From Narcine bancroftii (lineage: Eukaryota): a DNA stretch of 64,000 nucleotides. Position 1 is the stretch's first letter. The number at the start of each line of letters is the position of its first letter. The stretch covers positions 209,064,001 to 209,128,000 of the forward strand of contig NC_091474.1 of NCBI RefSeq assembly GCF_036971445.1, in the 5' to 3' direction. A program made the position numbers and the translations under genes. The notes under the pieces are model-generated. The model was not told the origin of the DNA. It was given only the letters and a program-made list of their open reading frames with translations, and did no database searches. This document shows, piece after piece, positions 50,301 to 63,403 of the stretch.

Positions 50301-52029
50301 TAAATGGTTCTCCATTCATGCTGCAGTGCAATCACCCAGTTAGGGCCTAGCCTGCTGCTGATAGGTCTGTCACAGGAGAAATCTGTCCCATTCCAGAGAG
50401 CTAAGGGGTAGCTTATACAACTGATAGACATTGAGCTGAAATATTAGCAGTATTTCCCTCCCCACCGACGCTGCCTGACTTGCTGCATGATTCCAGCAGT
50501 TTGTGGTTTTATTGCAGATATCTAGCATACACAGGGGGTGCCTTGCTTTTGCAGACGATGCTGTCCTGGCTGAGATTCAATGCAGGATCAAGGTTATGAC
50601 CTCTTGATCTTTTAAGATTCCTTATCAACCAACTCTTTTACAAAGATAATTTACCCTTTCATGCAGTTCCTCAGGCAGACCATCTGCTTCCTGTGAGTTC
50701 CAGAGACATTTACGAGCTAATGCCTTCTGCTTTTTGTTCTCACCCTGTGGAATGCATTCCACAAGCTTCGAGGTAGTTTACACAGCATTTAAAATTGCTA
50801 CTAATAATTTAATTGCTAATGAAGAGTGGCTACATCTCCCAAACATCTTCATCTTTTCACAGAGTAATTAATGACTGTACTCTCTCAAGGCCTACTCTCA
50901 GAAGTGTAATTCATGTGTGTTGCTTCTGTGTGCTTTTGGTTATGCTGGATATCAATGTATTACGACTGACTATTTATCTTCTGTGAGAGGACTGGTGAGA
51001 AAGCCTTGCAGAATTATTGCCTCATCACTGCAGTAAAGCAGCCTGATTTCAGAGTTTTCTAAGCATTGTATAATTGTTGAGCAAAATGCTTTTACATTGC
51101 AAGAAACTTGTTACAGAAAATCTGTGGAACTTTGTAGATAGCATGTAAAAGACGGTTAATTGAACATATGTTGCATACACACTTGGATAAGCATGATAGC
51201 AGTTTATAGTTGACTTCTTGCTGACAAACTCAAATTAAGGTAGATATAGACTTGCCTTCTGAATAATTTTATGTTCTAATTAATCAAAGAACTGGCATGG
51301 GTATGAATGGCTGAATGATCTCTGCTGTGAGATTTTATGGTTGTGTAACGTTAGCAGCAGTGAGATGTCTACATCCAGGGTTGTGCCTACTGATGGGTGA
51401 GGGTTGATATTACAGGACGCTATCTGCACTGTGTTGGTGCACCTACCACTAGCTTGGGCACATCTAACCCTCTGTCGAGGATCATGCTACCAAATGCGGG
51501 AGGAAGCATAATGCCAAATTAGGCAGGTGCTTGTTCACAAAATGTGATTTGAGATCCTGTGACAAGCCTCTTGGGTTTAGAGAGCTCCTTCTGCAATCTT
51601 CGTCTAGTTGAATGGAGGACTGAGCAATGAAAACAACTGTAATTAGGGCGATGGTTCTGAAACTACGAACAAAAAACAAAGGCATACCAAATGAATGTTC
51701 CAACAAAGTTCCCATCGCCTCATCTTCTTGCTCAAAAATCCAGATTAGTCCCAACTCTCCAATCAGCATTGCTGATCTGGTGACCTTTTCAGCAGAAATA
51801 TCCTTGAATGGGGTGGCAGATTTAGACATACAGCAAGGTACAGGTTCTTTTGGCTCATGGGCCGGAAGAGCCTGTTGCTGTGCTGTAGGTCTAAATTTAA
51901 ACATTTTAAATTTAAAGCAAGGAATGAGGTTATTCAGCTCATCATGTTTCTGATGGGGAAATGGAGCTATTTGGGTTACTCCCCTTTTCTAGTTCTTGGC
52001 TTGTAGCCCTGGAGGTTCTGACTGTACAA

Positions 52030-52810
52030 GTAAAACACAATGCTGGAGAAACTCAGCAGTGTTCTTTATATAGCAAAGGTAAAAATACATTACTGACCTT
52101 TCGGGCTTGAGTTCTTCATCAAGGTATGGAAAAATTTTGGCAGTCATCCGAACAAAAGAGTGGGGGAGGGGGGGAAAGTGTGGTCAATAAAGCAGGAGGT
52201 AATAGGTGGAGAAGGGAGGGAGGGCACAGCAGAGAGGAAGGGGAGGAGGGATGGCTGAGTGAAAAGAGAGGGAAGGAGACCTGGAAGGGAGAAAGTAAGG
52301 GGGGACGGGGGAAAGCAATGTTCATGCCATCTGCCTGGAAAGTGCCCAGATGGAAAAATCAGGTGTTGTTCCTTCAATTTGCAGGTCGTCTTGGTGGGAC
52401 AGTACATAAGGCCATGGACTGACATGTGAGTATGGGAATGTGACACAGAACTGAAATAGTTGGGCACTGGGAGCTCTGTGTCACTGGTATGGATGGAGCA
52501 AATGTGCTAAGTGAAGTGATCTCCTAGTCTGCGCCCAGTCTCCCCGATGTAGAGAAGGCAACAAAGGGAGCACCAGATGAAGTAGATCAGTCCTGCGGAT
52601 ACACAAGTGAAGTGTTGCTTCACTTGAAAGGTCAGTTTGGGACCCCAGACCGTGGTGATGGAGGCGTGAGTGCAAATGTGGCACATCCTGTGGCCACAAG
52701 GGAAGGTGCTTGGGGGGGGGGATATAAAATAGTGGGGAGGGATGAGTTCACGAGGAAGGCACGGAGGGAGCGGTCCCTATGGAAGGCAGAGAGGGGAAGA
52801 TGTGCAAAAG
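52030..52810 (-). mobile_element. Penelope-like element 3' portion (GIY-YIG + terminal repeat)
   Basis: LPLSAFHRDRSLRAFLVNSSLP; FTCVSAGLIYFIWCSLCCLLYIGETGRRLGDHF; KLKEQHLIF. Confidence 0.88.
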
Positions 52811-54289
52811 CAGTGGTGTAAAACTGCTTTGAGATCACAGACTGGAGCTGTTTTAAGGAGCCAGCCACCTTCAACAGACATGTTTTAGACTCCCCTCCCC
52901 TGGCAAAAAGACTGTGATCATTTACTTTATCTACACCTCTCATGACTTGACTTGGCTAATCACGAACCTAATAATCTCTGTCTTAAATACACCACTGCCA
53001 CCTGTTGCAACACATTTCACAGATTTACTACCCTCTTTTCTAAGTGGTCTTCCTTTAATTCTGAAATTGTGTTCTCTTGCCCTAGACCCTCCAACCATGG
53101 GAAGCAACTTTTCTACATCTACATTGTCTATGCCTTTTCACATATTCCTTTTATTCCCGGAATAACTCTAGTAAACACCTCCTTTGAACCCTCTTGAACA
53201 TCAGTACATCTATTCTTCAACGAGTAGCTCAAAATTCCAAGTGAGGTCTCACTAGTGCCTCAACATAACATCCCTGCTCTTATATTTTATCCCTCTTGAA
53301 ATTAATTTGCTTTATTCACCACCAACTGTCCCACCTGTCTTTGCAACTCAAATCTGACAATCCTTTTGAACAGGAGAAGTAGGCAAATTAAAAGCAGATA
53401 TGTATGCTCCAAAATCAAAGGTGACCTCGGAAGGTGTTGCACCCTCCCTTGGCCTCTCCAATTGCTGAAGGTTTCACCACTCATCTTGTTACCTTTTGAC
53501 TTGACAATTTAACTGCTTTCCTGGTTAATGCCCTATTCTTCACTCTGCATGAAATTGAGCGCCTAACTTGAACCATTCTAACTTGCAGTAGCTCCCAGTC
53601 TGGCACAAGCCGTATTTTGAAATCCTCATGTGTGTTCTCAAATCCCTTCATGTTGTTTGTTGCCCCTCTCTGCTTCCAAAACAACCCCTGCTGAAAGACA
53701 TCTGACCTCTTTGTTTTCCATTTAAACTTTTGATACCTGCTGTCAGCCCTGGAATCCCCTTTCTCAACCTCTATCTCTCCTTCCTCCCTTTACATGTTTG
53801 CATTTGAAACCCATTCTTTTGTCCAAATGTGGAATCTCAAATGGCAGGTCATCAAATTTGTCCAATAAATCTCCTATGGAGCACCTTGGAGCCCGTAACT
53901 AGGTTAAAAGCTGTTGTTTAAATACAAAGGTGTTGTTTTGGAGATTTTTTAAAAAAAAAAGCTTTCCTCAAAACTGGACCAAAAAAGTGATAATTCAAGC
54001 CCGTGTGTGATCTATGTGCTTACATTGATGACCACATCAATGAGTTGAGGCAAAAGACCAGTGTATCTAGTAGATCTGCTGCCTTGCAATTCCAGATTCA
54101 AAGTTCAATACTGACCTCCAGTGCCATCTATGTGGAGCTTGCAAGTATTTCCTGTGTTTGTGAGTGTTGTTTCCTGGACTTCCAATTTTCTCCCCCATCC
54201 CAAAGACATGTGGCCTGGTGGGTTAATTAATCATAGTTATTTGTTAATTGTGTGCAAGTTAGTGGTAGAATCTGGTGGAAGGTATGGAC

Positions 54290-54810
54290 CTGACCTGGGC
54301 AAGCCACATTGATGGGACAGTCAAGAAGGCACAGTATTACTTTTATTTTCGATTATTCTCCATGTCACTCAGCAAAAGCATTTGAGTTGGATGCATTGCC
54401 ATCTTGTGCAGAAGCTGCTCTGCACTAGATTGAAAGAAGGTGCAGAAAGTGGTGAATTTCTTTTGTAGCTCAAAATTTTGTGCAGACTTCCCTCCCCTGT
54501 ATTGCCTCCTTCTACATCTCCCACTGCCTCAGTAAGGCAACCAACAAACAGCCCATCACAGACACACTCCTCCCTTTGGAGAAAAGATTCAAGTGTTTGA
54601 AATCACATACTTACAGGCTTAAGGGCAGTTTCTTCTCAACAATCACCAGGCTATTGAACAAACCCTGCAATGGTACTCTTATGCTGCCCTTGCTATGAAC
54701 TAATCTTTTCTTTGTAACCCTATACTTTGCATCTGTGCTTTTGTTTGAATTGACTTGCTCAATTGCTCGTGGAAGAACCTTTCTCACTATAAAATGATAA
54801 TAAACTTGAA
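54290..54810 (+). mobile_element. Rex1/Babar LINE 3' fragment, decayed
   Basis: LLPLEKRFKCLKSHTYRLKGSFFSTITRLLN. Confidence 0.7.
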
Positions 54811-55935
54811 AAGGAAATGGAACAGAAAAGGAATATGGGGAGAATATAATTAGTGTAAGGTTAGTGTAATGCCATTTGATGATGAATGGGTAAAGGGCTT
54901 ATTTTTGTGCTGTATGATAATAACAAAAATTCTACAGCTTGATCTTGCAGATTTGTGTAGAAGCGAAACTGATGTTAATCATAGAGGGGTAGATCAGATA
55001 GGAGGTACTGAACAAGTTGAACGCTAGCACAATAATTTCATAACACAAGATTTATATCCTTTGGAAAAAGCAAGGCTGCAAAGGGTTATTATGAGGCCTT
55101 ATGATAACTGTGTTAAGAGTGCCAGTACTTCGGGACAAAGCTGGTTTTTTATCCAAGGCTACTGGATTGAATATATCTGCTAGTTTCAAACCATTTATAA
55201 CAGTGCAAATTTTACTGGAAGATGATTACAATGCTGTTCTGTTGCACAATGACAATTCTACATTAAAAAAAAAGCCACTAAAACCTTCAGAATAATCCTT
55301 GAGGTGAGATTAAATTGAATGATTCAAATAAAATATTGTATGTGCAACAGCTAAATATAGCTCAGTGCCTGTATTTGATGAATATTGAAATTTAATGGAT
55401 CATGCTTCTTTTAAAAAGTGCCTTCAGCCACCAATCCTGTTGTCTGTTAACTGAGACCAAATTAACAGTGGCTGAAACATTACAAATACAAAGGTTGCAG
55501 TTCTTTCCAGAGGCATGGAAAGGCCATTCAGGCCATTGAATGATTTCCCACTCTACTGCACTTCAAGAACACATCTCTTCACTCCTTTAGACAATGCATG
55601 GCAGACTGCTGAATGTAAAGATATTTTGTTCACCTTCTAGTTCTTTAGTCAATGACCTAAAATCCAATTTACACGATTACTAATTCTCCTGCCAATAGAA
55701 AAAGTTTCTCCTTAATTATTCCAGAAGTCACTTCATTCTTCTGAGTAGCTTCTGTTGTATCTTCCTTGCCATTCCTGTGCTGAAAGTACAATCCCAGTTT
55801 TCCCAATGATAGATGGTGTTAAATAAACTGGGCATAGCCTTGTATGATGTCTGCACACAAACTTTTGCCCATCATAAACAGAACACATGTTGGATTTTCT
55901 TGTCCTTTTTATAATTTGTTTTCATTAAATTGGTA

Positions 55936-56143
55936 CACTAAAACCACTATTATCTGGAATTCAAGTAGCTGGCAACCTAAAGCAATTGGCAAAAAAAATA
56001 GGTAAAATAAACAGAAGTTTAAAATTAGCTCACCTCATCATTACTTTGCCAATCCATGCAACATGCAATCTCAGGCAGCCAGAACATTCATTTATCTGGC
56101 ATCTACCAATCCCCATAGGTGCTGGATATCAAGGGTTTTACTG
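55936..56143 (+). mobile_element. Tigger-like MITE family A, copy 4
   Basis: TA-CACTAAAACC...GGGTTTTACTG-TA; homologous to 1050-1253. Confidence 0.75.
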
Positions 56144-56406
56144 TACATTTATTTTCTCTAACAGTACAGCATGGGAGTCAGCTACTGTTCGAACAATGAT
56201 TTTTATTACCAACTAAAGTAGTTTCAACAAAGCCAGATCAACACCACAGGTACTGAGAGAATTCTATATTTAGAAATTGGGATTTACCTGCTAACTAAGT
56301 TTCACAAATCTTATTATAAAATATTAAAAATGACATTTACCTGCCTCTGCTACACATTGTAGAGCTCATGAGATTCTTCTTTGGCTTGGCTTCGCGGACG
56401 AAGATT

Positions 56407-58714
56407 TACGGAGGGGTATGTCCACGTCTGCTGCAGGCTCGTTGGTGACTGACAAGTCCGATGCGGGACAGGCAGGCACGGTTGCAGCGGTTGCAAGGGA
56501 AAATTGGTGGGTTGGAGTTGGGTGTTGGGTTTTTCCTCCTTTGTCTTTTGTCAGTGAGGTGGGCTCTGCGGTCTTCTTCAAAGGAGGTTGCTGCCCGCCG
56601 AACTGTGAGGCGCCAAGATGCACGGTTGGAGGCGAGATCAGCTCACTGGCGGTGGTCAATGTGGCAGGGACCAAGAGATTTCTTTAAGCAGTCCTTGTAC
56701 CTCTTCTTTGGTGCACTTCTGTCTCGGTGGCCAGTGGAGAGCTCGCCATAGAACACAATCTTGGGAAGGCGATGGTCCTCCATTCTGGAGACGTGACCCA
56801 CCCAGCGCAGTTGGGTCTTCAGCAGCATGGATTCGATGCTTGCGGACTCTGCCATCTCGAGTACTTTGATGTTGGTGATGAAGACATTCCAATGAATGTT
56901 GAGGATGGAGCGGAGACAGCGCTGATGGAAGCGTTCTAGGAGCCGTAGGTGATGCCGGTAGAGGACCCATGATTCGGAGCCGAACGGGAGCGTGGGTTTG
57001 ACAACGGCTCTGTACACGCTGATCTTTGTGTGTTTCTTCAGGTGGTTGTTTTTCCAGACTCTTTTGTGTAGTCTTCCAAAGGCGCTATTTGCCTTGGCGA
57101 GTCTGTTGTCTATCTCGTTGTCGATCCTTGCATCAGATGAAATGGTGCAGCCGAGGTAGGTAAACTGGTTGACCGTTTTGAGTTTTGTGTGCCCGATGGA
57201 GATGTGGGGGGTCTGGTGGTCATGGTGGGGAGCTGGCTGATGGAGGACCTCAGTTTTCTTCAGGCTGATTTCCAGGCCAAACATTTTGGCAGTTTCCGCA
57301 AAACAGGACGTCATGCGCTGGAGAGCTGGCTCTGAATGGGCAACTGAAGCGGCATCGTCTGCAAAGAGTAGTTCACAGACAAGTTGCTCTTGTGCCTTGG
57401 TGTGAGTTTGCAGGCGCCTCAGATTGAAGAGACTGCCATCCGTGTGGTACCGGATGTAAACACCATCTTCATTGTTGAGGTCTTTCATGGCTTGTTTCAG
57501 CATGATGCTGAAGAAGATAGTAAAGAGAGTTGGTGCAAGGACGCAGCCTTGCTTCCCGCCGTTGTCAATGGAGAAGGGTTCGGAGAGCTCATTGCTGTAT
57601 CTGACCCGAACTTGTTGGTTTTCATGCAGTTCGCTCTAGTATTTCCCAAAGCCCTTTCCTGCTCACGGTGTCAAAGGCTTTGGTGAGGTCAACAAAGGTG
57701 ATGTAGAGTCCTTTGTTTTGTTCTCTGCACTTTTCTTGGAGCTGTCTGAGGGCAAAGACCATGTCAATAGTTCCTCTGTTTGCGCGAAAGCCACTCTGTT
57801 ATTCTGGGAGGACATTTTCGGTGACACTAGGTATTAGTCTATTAAGGAGAATCCTAGCGAAGATTTTGCCTGCAATGGAGAGCAGCGTGATTCCCCTGTA
57901 GTTTGAGCAGTCTGATTTCTCGCCTTTGTTTTTGTACAGGGTGATGAAGATGGCATCATGAAGGTCCTGAGGCAGCTTTCCTTGGTCCCAGCAGAGCATG
58001 AAAAACTCATGCAGTTTGGTATGCAGAGCTTTGCAGCCAGCCTTCCAGTCCTCTGGGGGGGATTCCATCCATACCTGCTGCTTTGCCACTTTTCAGTTGT
58101 TCAATTGCCTTATATGTCTCTTCCCGGGTAAGGACCTCATCCAGCTCTAGACTCAAGGGCTGTTGAGGGAGCTGGAGCAGGGCGGATTCTTGGACTGAGC
58201 GGTTGGCACTGAAAAGGGATTGGAAGTGTTCTGACCATCGATTGAGGATGGAGATCTTGTCACTGAGGAGGACTTCGCCATCTGAGCTGCGCAGAGGGCT
58301 TTGGACTTGGGGTGAGGGGCCGTACACCGCCTTTAGTGTCTCATAAAAACCCCTGAAGTCGCCAATGTCGGCACTAAGCTGCATTCGTTTGGCCAGGCTA
58401 GTCCACTACTCATTTTGGATCTCCCGGAGTTTGCACTGAAGATGGCTGCATGCGAGATGGAAGGCTCATTTTTTCTCTGGCCAGGAAGACTTTGCAAGGT
58501 GAGCCTGGTGGGCAGATCGCTTCTTTGCCAGCAGCTCTTGGATTTCCTGGTTGTTTTCGTTAAACCAGTCCTTGTTTTTCCTGGAAGAGAAGCCCAGTAC
58601 CTCTTCAGTGGATTGCAGTATGGCCGTTTTCAGCTGATCCGAGAGGGTTTCAGGAGACATGTCCGTGAGGCAATTTGCATCCTCGAGCTTTCCTTGGAGG
58701 TTTGCCTGGAAGTT
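56407..58714 (-). pseudogene. RTE ORF (RT and C-terminal domain; endonuclease missing), with stops and frameshifts
   Basis: GKAAGMDGIP; SDCSNYRGITLLSIAGKIFARILLNRL; FVDLTKAFDTVSR; KQGCVLAPTLF; ELLFADDAA; FTYLGC; QLRWVGHVSRMEDHRLPK; C-terminal FPCNRCNRACLSRIGLVSHQRAC. Confidence 0.93.
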
Positions 58715-58720
58715 TTATAT

Positions 58721-58851
58721 GCCGCCGCCGCTGCCGGAGGCCCGAGGTCCTGTTGCTGCTGCCGCCAGAGGCCTGAGGTCCTGTTGCTGCTGCCGGCGGA
58801 GGCCTGAGGTCCTGTTGATGCCACTGCCAGAGGCCCGAGGTCCTGTTGCTG
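58721..58851. repeat. GC-rich tandem array, 31-bp period, ~4 copies
   Basis: GAGGTCCTGTTG recurs at 58744, 58775, 58806 and 58837. Confidence 0.92.
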
Positions 58852-60479
58852 TTGTAGAGCTCATGAGATAGGATAAAGCTTAAGCAAAGAATATTTTCGG
58901 TGTTATGAAAGGCTTAAACTATAATACCATTTAACATTTCTTTTTTGCTGTAAGAACATTCTGAGTAATATTAATGAACAGAATTATGGAATGGTTATGG
59001 CACTGAAGAAGGCTGTTTGGTCAATCAAGTCCATGCAAGCTCTATGTCAAAGTAATCCAGTAAGTTCCAATTTCCACCCTCTCCCCTTTCCTCTTTCCTG
59101 CCAGATATTTATCCAGGCCTCTTTTTATCACATTTAAATCTCCCATCTATTGCAGATCCTAATCACCCGCTGTGTCCGAACTTTCTTTTATCGTGTGCTG
59201 GATTTGGTTCTTTTGCTAATTATCTTCATTCCCCGTCTCCTCTTTCTTAATCCATCCATCAAAACATCATGTATCCTTTCAGAGTTTAGTTGTGAGGTAT
59301 TACTGGGCCACCTTCTATTAATGATTAAACAATAGGGTATGGAGAGAAGAAAAAGACCAACATTTCCAAATTTAAGACAATGTGTATACTTCCTTCATCA
59401 GCAATTGTTCCTGTAAAAGTGCCTATGGATGACTAACTGTTCGAGTCACACAATGGCATGGAATTTGCAATCAGTGGTGTTATCCTTGCACCTTGCGTTC
59501 ACTGCTGACCTGCAACAATATGAAATGATGAGAAAATGAGCCCAAAGGCCAGTGGCCAAATCTGACAAAAGGGAGATTCAGGAATTATAAAAATTAGACA
59601 AATGCGATATTTTCAAAGAGATCAAAGATGTTAAAAAATAAGTTTAAAAAAAACTTAAGAACAATTAAAATACTTGAACTCTATTAATAAAAAAATGTAC
59701 CTTAACCATTAATCATGGCCTCTTGTTTGTTACTTGAAATTTGAATGCTTGAAGCTCCTGATCTGCATCAGGTTAAGCCTGGGACAGATTTTTTTCTCCT
59801 CCCCCCCACCATGGATCCCCCAGGGGAATGTAGGGGGATTGTTGCAAGTTTGTATTCTGCTGCTGGGTTCCATCAGGCAGATGACTGAATATAAAGATGG
59901 GGTGGGGGGTTGTTGGGGGGGGGGGGGGGGTTGAGGAAGGGGAAGGAACACAGACTAACAGGTAAGAGGATAAGGAAATTTTGATATTTATGCCCAGACC
60001 AATGAATCTAAGTTCAAGATCCTTCATTGGGAACTCATCTTTCCTTCATAAGTTCAGCTCATCCATGCCTTTCTGTTTAAGTTGGCCTAATGTTTTGTTC
60101 TTGTTTTTGTGTTTTTGGAACATCTGCACAGAATACATCCAAAAGCATTTTGTATGCAGAGTAAAGCATAATAAATGACTATAAAAGTATTACACAAAAG
60201 AAATATTCAGTCGCAAAATTTCAGTTCATATTTGGATCATTTATTCCTTTGTGTCCATGCTATTATTATCCTCCTCAGAAGTCATAAAAACTAATCCTAA
60301 TGTTCTCCATTTCTCTCTTCTCTCTGAAATATCTGGACTATCTAAATAGCTTTAAATAACTTGTGGACACTGCTTTAACAATATATTTTAATAAGGCTTT
60401 GTAATTGTGAACATTCTCTATATGAAGAAATACTTCAGATTTCCCCTTTACTCCTTGTGACCATCTTAAGTGTATGACC

Positions 60480-62330
60480 TTAGAACTATAGAATGTTATA
60501 GCACAGAAAACAGGTCATTTGGTCCTCCTAGTCTGTGCCAAAGTATTATTCTGCTTAATCCCACTGACCTGCACCCAGTCCATACCCGTCTCATCCATGT
60601 TCTGGTCCAAATTATTCTTAAATGTTAAAATTGACCTCAGATTCACCACTCAGCTGGCAGCTCATTCCATGCTCGCTCCACTCTCTATGTGAAGAAGTTT
60701 CCCCTAATCTTCCCTTAAATCTTTCCCCTTTAACCCATGTTCTCTAGTTTGCATCTCACCTACTCAGTGGAAAAAGCCACACGTACTCTGTCAATACCCC
60801 TCATAATGGTAAATACCTCCATCAAATCTCTCCTCATGCTTCTATGCTCCAGGGATAAAGTCTTAACCTGTTTAACCTTTCCCTGTAACTCAGTTCCTGA
60901 AGTCCAGGCAACATCCTAGTAAATCTTCCCTGCACCCTTTCAATCTTATTGATATCATTCCTGTAGTTAGGTGAACAAAACTGGACAAAATACTCCAAAT
61001 TTGGCCTCACGAATGTCTTATACAACTTTACCATAACATCCCAACTCCTTTTCTTAATACTTTGATTTATGAAGGCCAAAAGCTCTCTTTCTGGCCCTAC
61101 CTACCTGTGATGCCACTTTCAGGGAATTATGTATCTGAATTTCCAGATCATTCTGTTCTATTACACTCCTCATTTACCATTCTTGTTGTACCCATGGTTT
61201 GTCCTTCCAAAATGCAACACTTCACACTTGTCTGCATTAAATTCCACTTGTCATTTTTCAGCCCATTTTTCCAGCTGGTAAGCTTTGAAAGCCTTCTTTG
61301 CTGTCCACTGCATCTCCAATCTTTGTGTCATCTGCAAACATGCTGTTTGTATTTACTACCTTATCATTTAGATCATTGATATCTCATTGAATTTTATACG
61401 CGTTTATATATTAAACTCAAGAATAATATTTTAAAAGTGACATAGATGACAAACAACAATGGACCAACACCTCCTCTTCTTTAATCTGAAAAAATTCCAC
61501 GATCTCACTCCTACCACTCCCACAATTTTGTGTCAGTTTCCCGAGTAAATGCAGATGTAAAAACTCTTTTCTGGCTCCATACATAACTGACCACTCTGAT
61601 CATCAAGAAGACCAATTTTGTCCCTTAATATATATTTTGCTCTTAATATATAGAAACCCTTAGGGGTTTCTTTCACATTGCCCTCGTGTCTTCTTTTAGC
61701 CTTCCTGATTCTTGAGTTTTTGCTTTTTTTTTAAATACTCCTCAAATACCTCATTTGCTCCATGTTGCATATACCTGCTATACATCACTCTCTTCTTTTG
61801 AACCAAATCCCCAATATCCCTCAAAAATCAAGGTTCCCTATGCCTGTTAGCCTTGCCTTTAATTCTGACAGGAACATAAAAATTCTTTACTCTCAAAATT
61901 TTGCCTTTGAAGGCCTTCCCTTTACTTCGGACATCTTTGCCAGGAAACAACCTAGTCCAATCCATGCTTCTAAATCCTTTCTCATTTCCTCAAAATTTGC
62001 CTTTCTCCAATTTAGAATCTCAACCCAAGGTCCAGACCTATCATTATCCATATTTATCTTGAAAGCAATCGCATTATAACCACTGGACCCAAAGTGTTCA
62101 GCTACATGTTACCTGTCCTGTCTTGTTGCCTAATAGGAGTAGGAGATCCAGTATTGCACTCTCCCTAGTTGGTACATCTATATACATATTGATTTAGAAC
62201 ACATCTGACAAACTCTAAGCTATTCACCCCTTTTACAGTATGGGAGTCCCAGTTAAAATATGGAAAGTTAAAACCCCCCCTACTTTCACAACTTTGTTTC
62301 CTGCACTGTCTTGTTTTTCCCTGCAGATTT
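60480..62330 (-). mobile_element. CR1 LINE, long decayed fragment with internal deletions
   Basis: VKLYKTFVRPNLEYFVQFCSPNYRNDINKIERVQGRFTRMLPGLQELSYRERL (60834-61079); endonuclease remnant GGFNFPYFNWDSHTVKG..LEFVRCV (62165-62300). Confidence 0.88.
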
Positions 62331-62697
62331 GCTCCTCCAATTCTTGCTTTGTTTAATCCTATCAATGTACATTGTGATTTAATCCTTTTCAGTTTTGCTG
62401 ATCTCTCATATGAATACTTTAGTCATCTCACTGTGGAAATTACATTCTTCTGGTTTTTCTTATGGTCATGACCTCCTTGTTCCCAGACTTGTATGTCATG
62501 TATTTTGGCCCAAAAGGTAACATTTAATTACTTTGGAACTTTTGAAGTTTTGGTTATATCTTTTGAAGTTATATGGTGAATGTGGACATTCAACATCTAA
62601 TTTACACCTCAATGTCTACTTAGGCATTCTCCTAAACAAAAAATATTTATTTTCATAAATGTGGCAAAAATAAAATCTCCAAAGTCACCATCTAAAT

Positions 62698-63066
62698 CAG
62701 TGGTTCTCAACCTTTTTCTTTTCACTCACATACCACTTTAAGTAATCCCTACACCATTAGTCCTCTGTGTTTAGTAAGGGATTGCTTAAGGTGGTATGTG
62801 AGTGGGAAGAGAAGGTTGAGAATCACTGCTCTAGACCCAGTTGTTACTGAAATATTTTGCTTGAGAAAAGTTGTCATCGGCCCATTTCCTGTGGAGTTAT
62901 GAAACCATGCATATAATGAGTCATTTAGGTACGATTAAAACAGTGGTTTTCAAACTTTTCTTTCCACCCACATACCACCTTAACCAATCCCTTACACAGA
63001 GCACCTATGCCATAGGAAATACTTTAAGTGGTATGTGAGTGGAAGGAAAAAGGTTGAGAACCACTG
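62698..63066. mobile_element. hAT (Charlie-like) non-autonomous element of two inverted palindromic units
   Basis: TIR CAGTGGTTCTCAACCTTTTT / AAAAAGGTTGAGAACCACTG; 8-bp TSD ATCTAAAT / ATCTAAAG. Confidence 0.92.
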
Positions 63067-63129
63067 ATCTAAAGTATAAAATCTGAAAACACAATGTCAG
63101 AGATGAGGCATGTGTTCACTGGCTGAAAA

Positions 63130-63290
63130 GAAGGAGGGATGTTTAGACTGGTGGAGAGGAGACACAGGTAGACTGGTGGAGAGGAGACAAAGACAGAGTG
63201 GTCGAGACACAGTCAGACTGGTACAAAGGAGACACAGACAGACAGGCCGAGGGAAGCACAGACAGACTGGCGGAGAGGAGACAGACAAGC
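63130..63290. repeat. Low-complexity purine-rich degenerate repeat (GGAGAGGAGACACAGACAGACTGG-like)
   Basis: AGACTGG(T/C)GGAGAGGAGACA recurs about three to four times. Confidence 0.7.
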
Positions 63291-63403
63291 CCTTTTCGCA
63301 CTAGCTAACCTGTTTTCTGCGTCCTTTCACATTCATCTCCAGGCATCCCTGGGGAGAGGGGTGCCTTTCTTCCACTGGTATCATCTGAGTGATGCATCCA
63401 CTA

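Larger units (their letters stand above)
56375..58851 (-). mobile_element. RTE-clade LINE, 5'-truncated and young, with 18-bp TSD
   Basis: TSD TTGTAGAGCTCATGAGAT at 56357-56374 and 58852-58869; 3' tail AAGCCAAGCCAAAGAAGAA; RT-bearing ORF fragments. Confidence 0.96.

Noticed and set aside
50533-50600. Acceptor/donor-flanked segment reading LLFADDAVLAEIQCRIK
   Set aside because: LFADDA is an RTE-type RT remnant, not a host exon.
51482-51953. Overlapping 140-aa and 108-aa ORFs on opposite strands
   Set aside because: No recognisable domain, no convincing splice boundaries, and the lengths are within chance expectation.
58721-58851. 31-bp periodic array as a CRISPR-like locus
   Set aside because: The units are contiguous with no unique spacers, there are no cas genes, and the context is eukaryotic.
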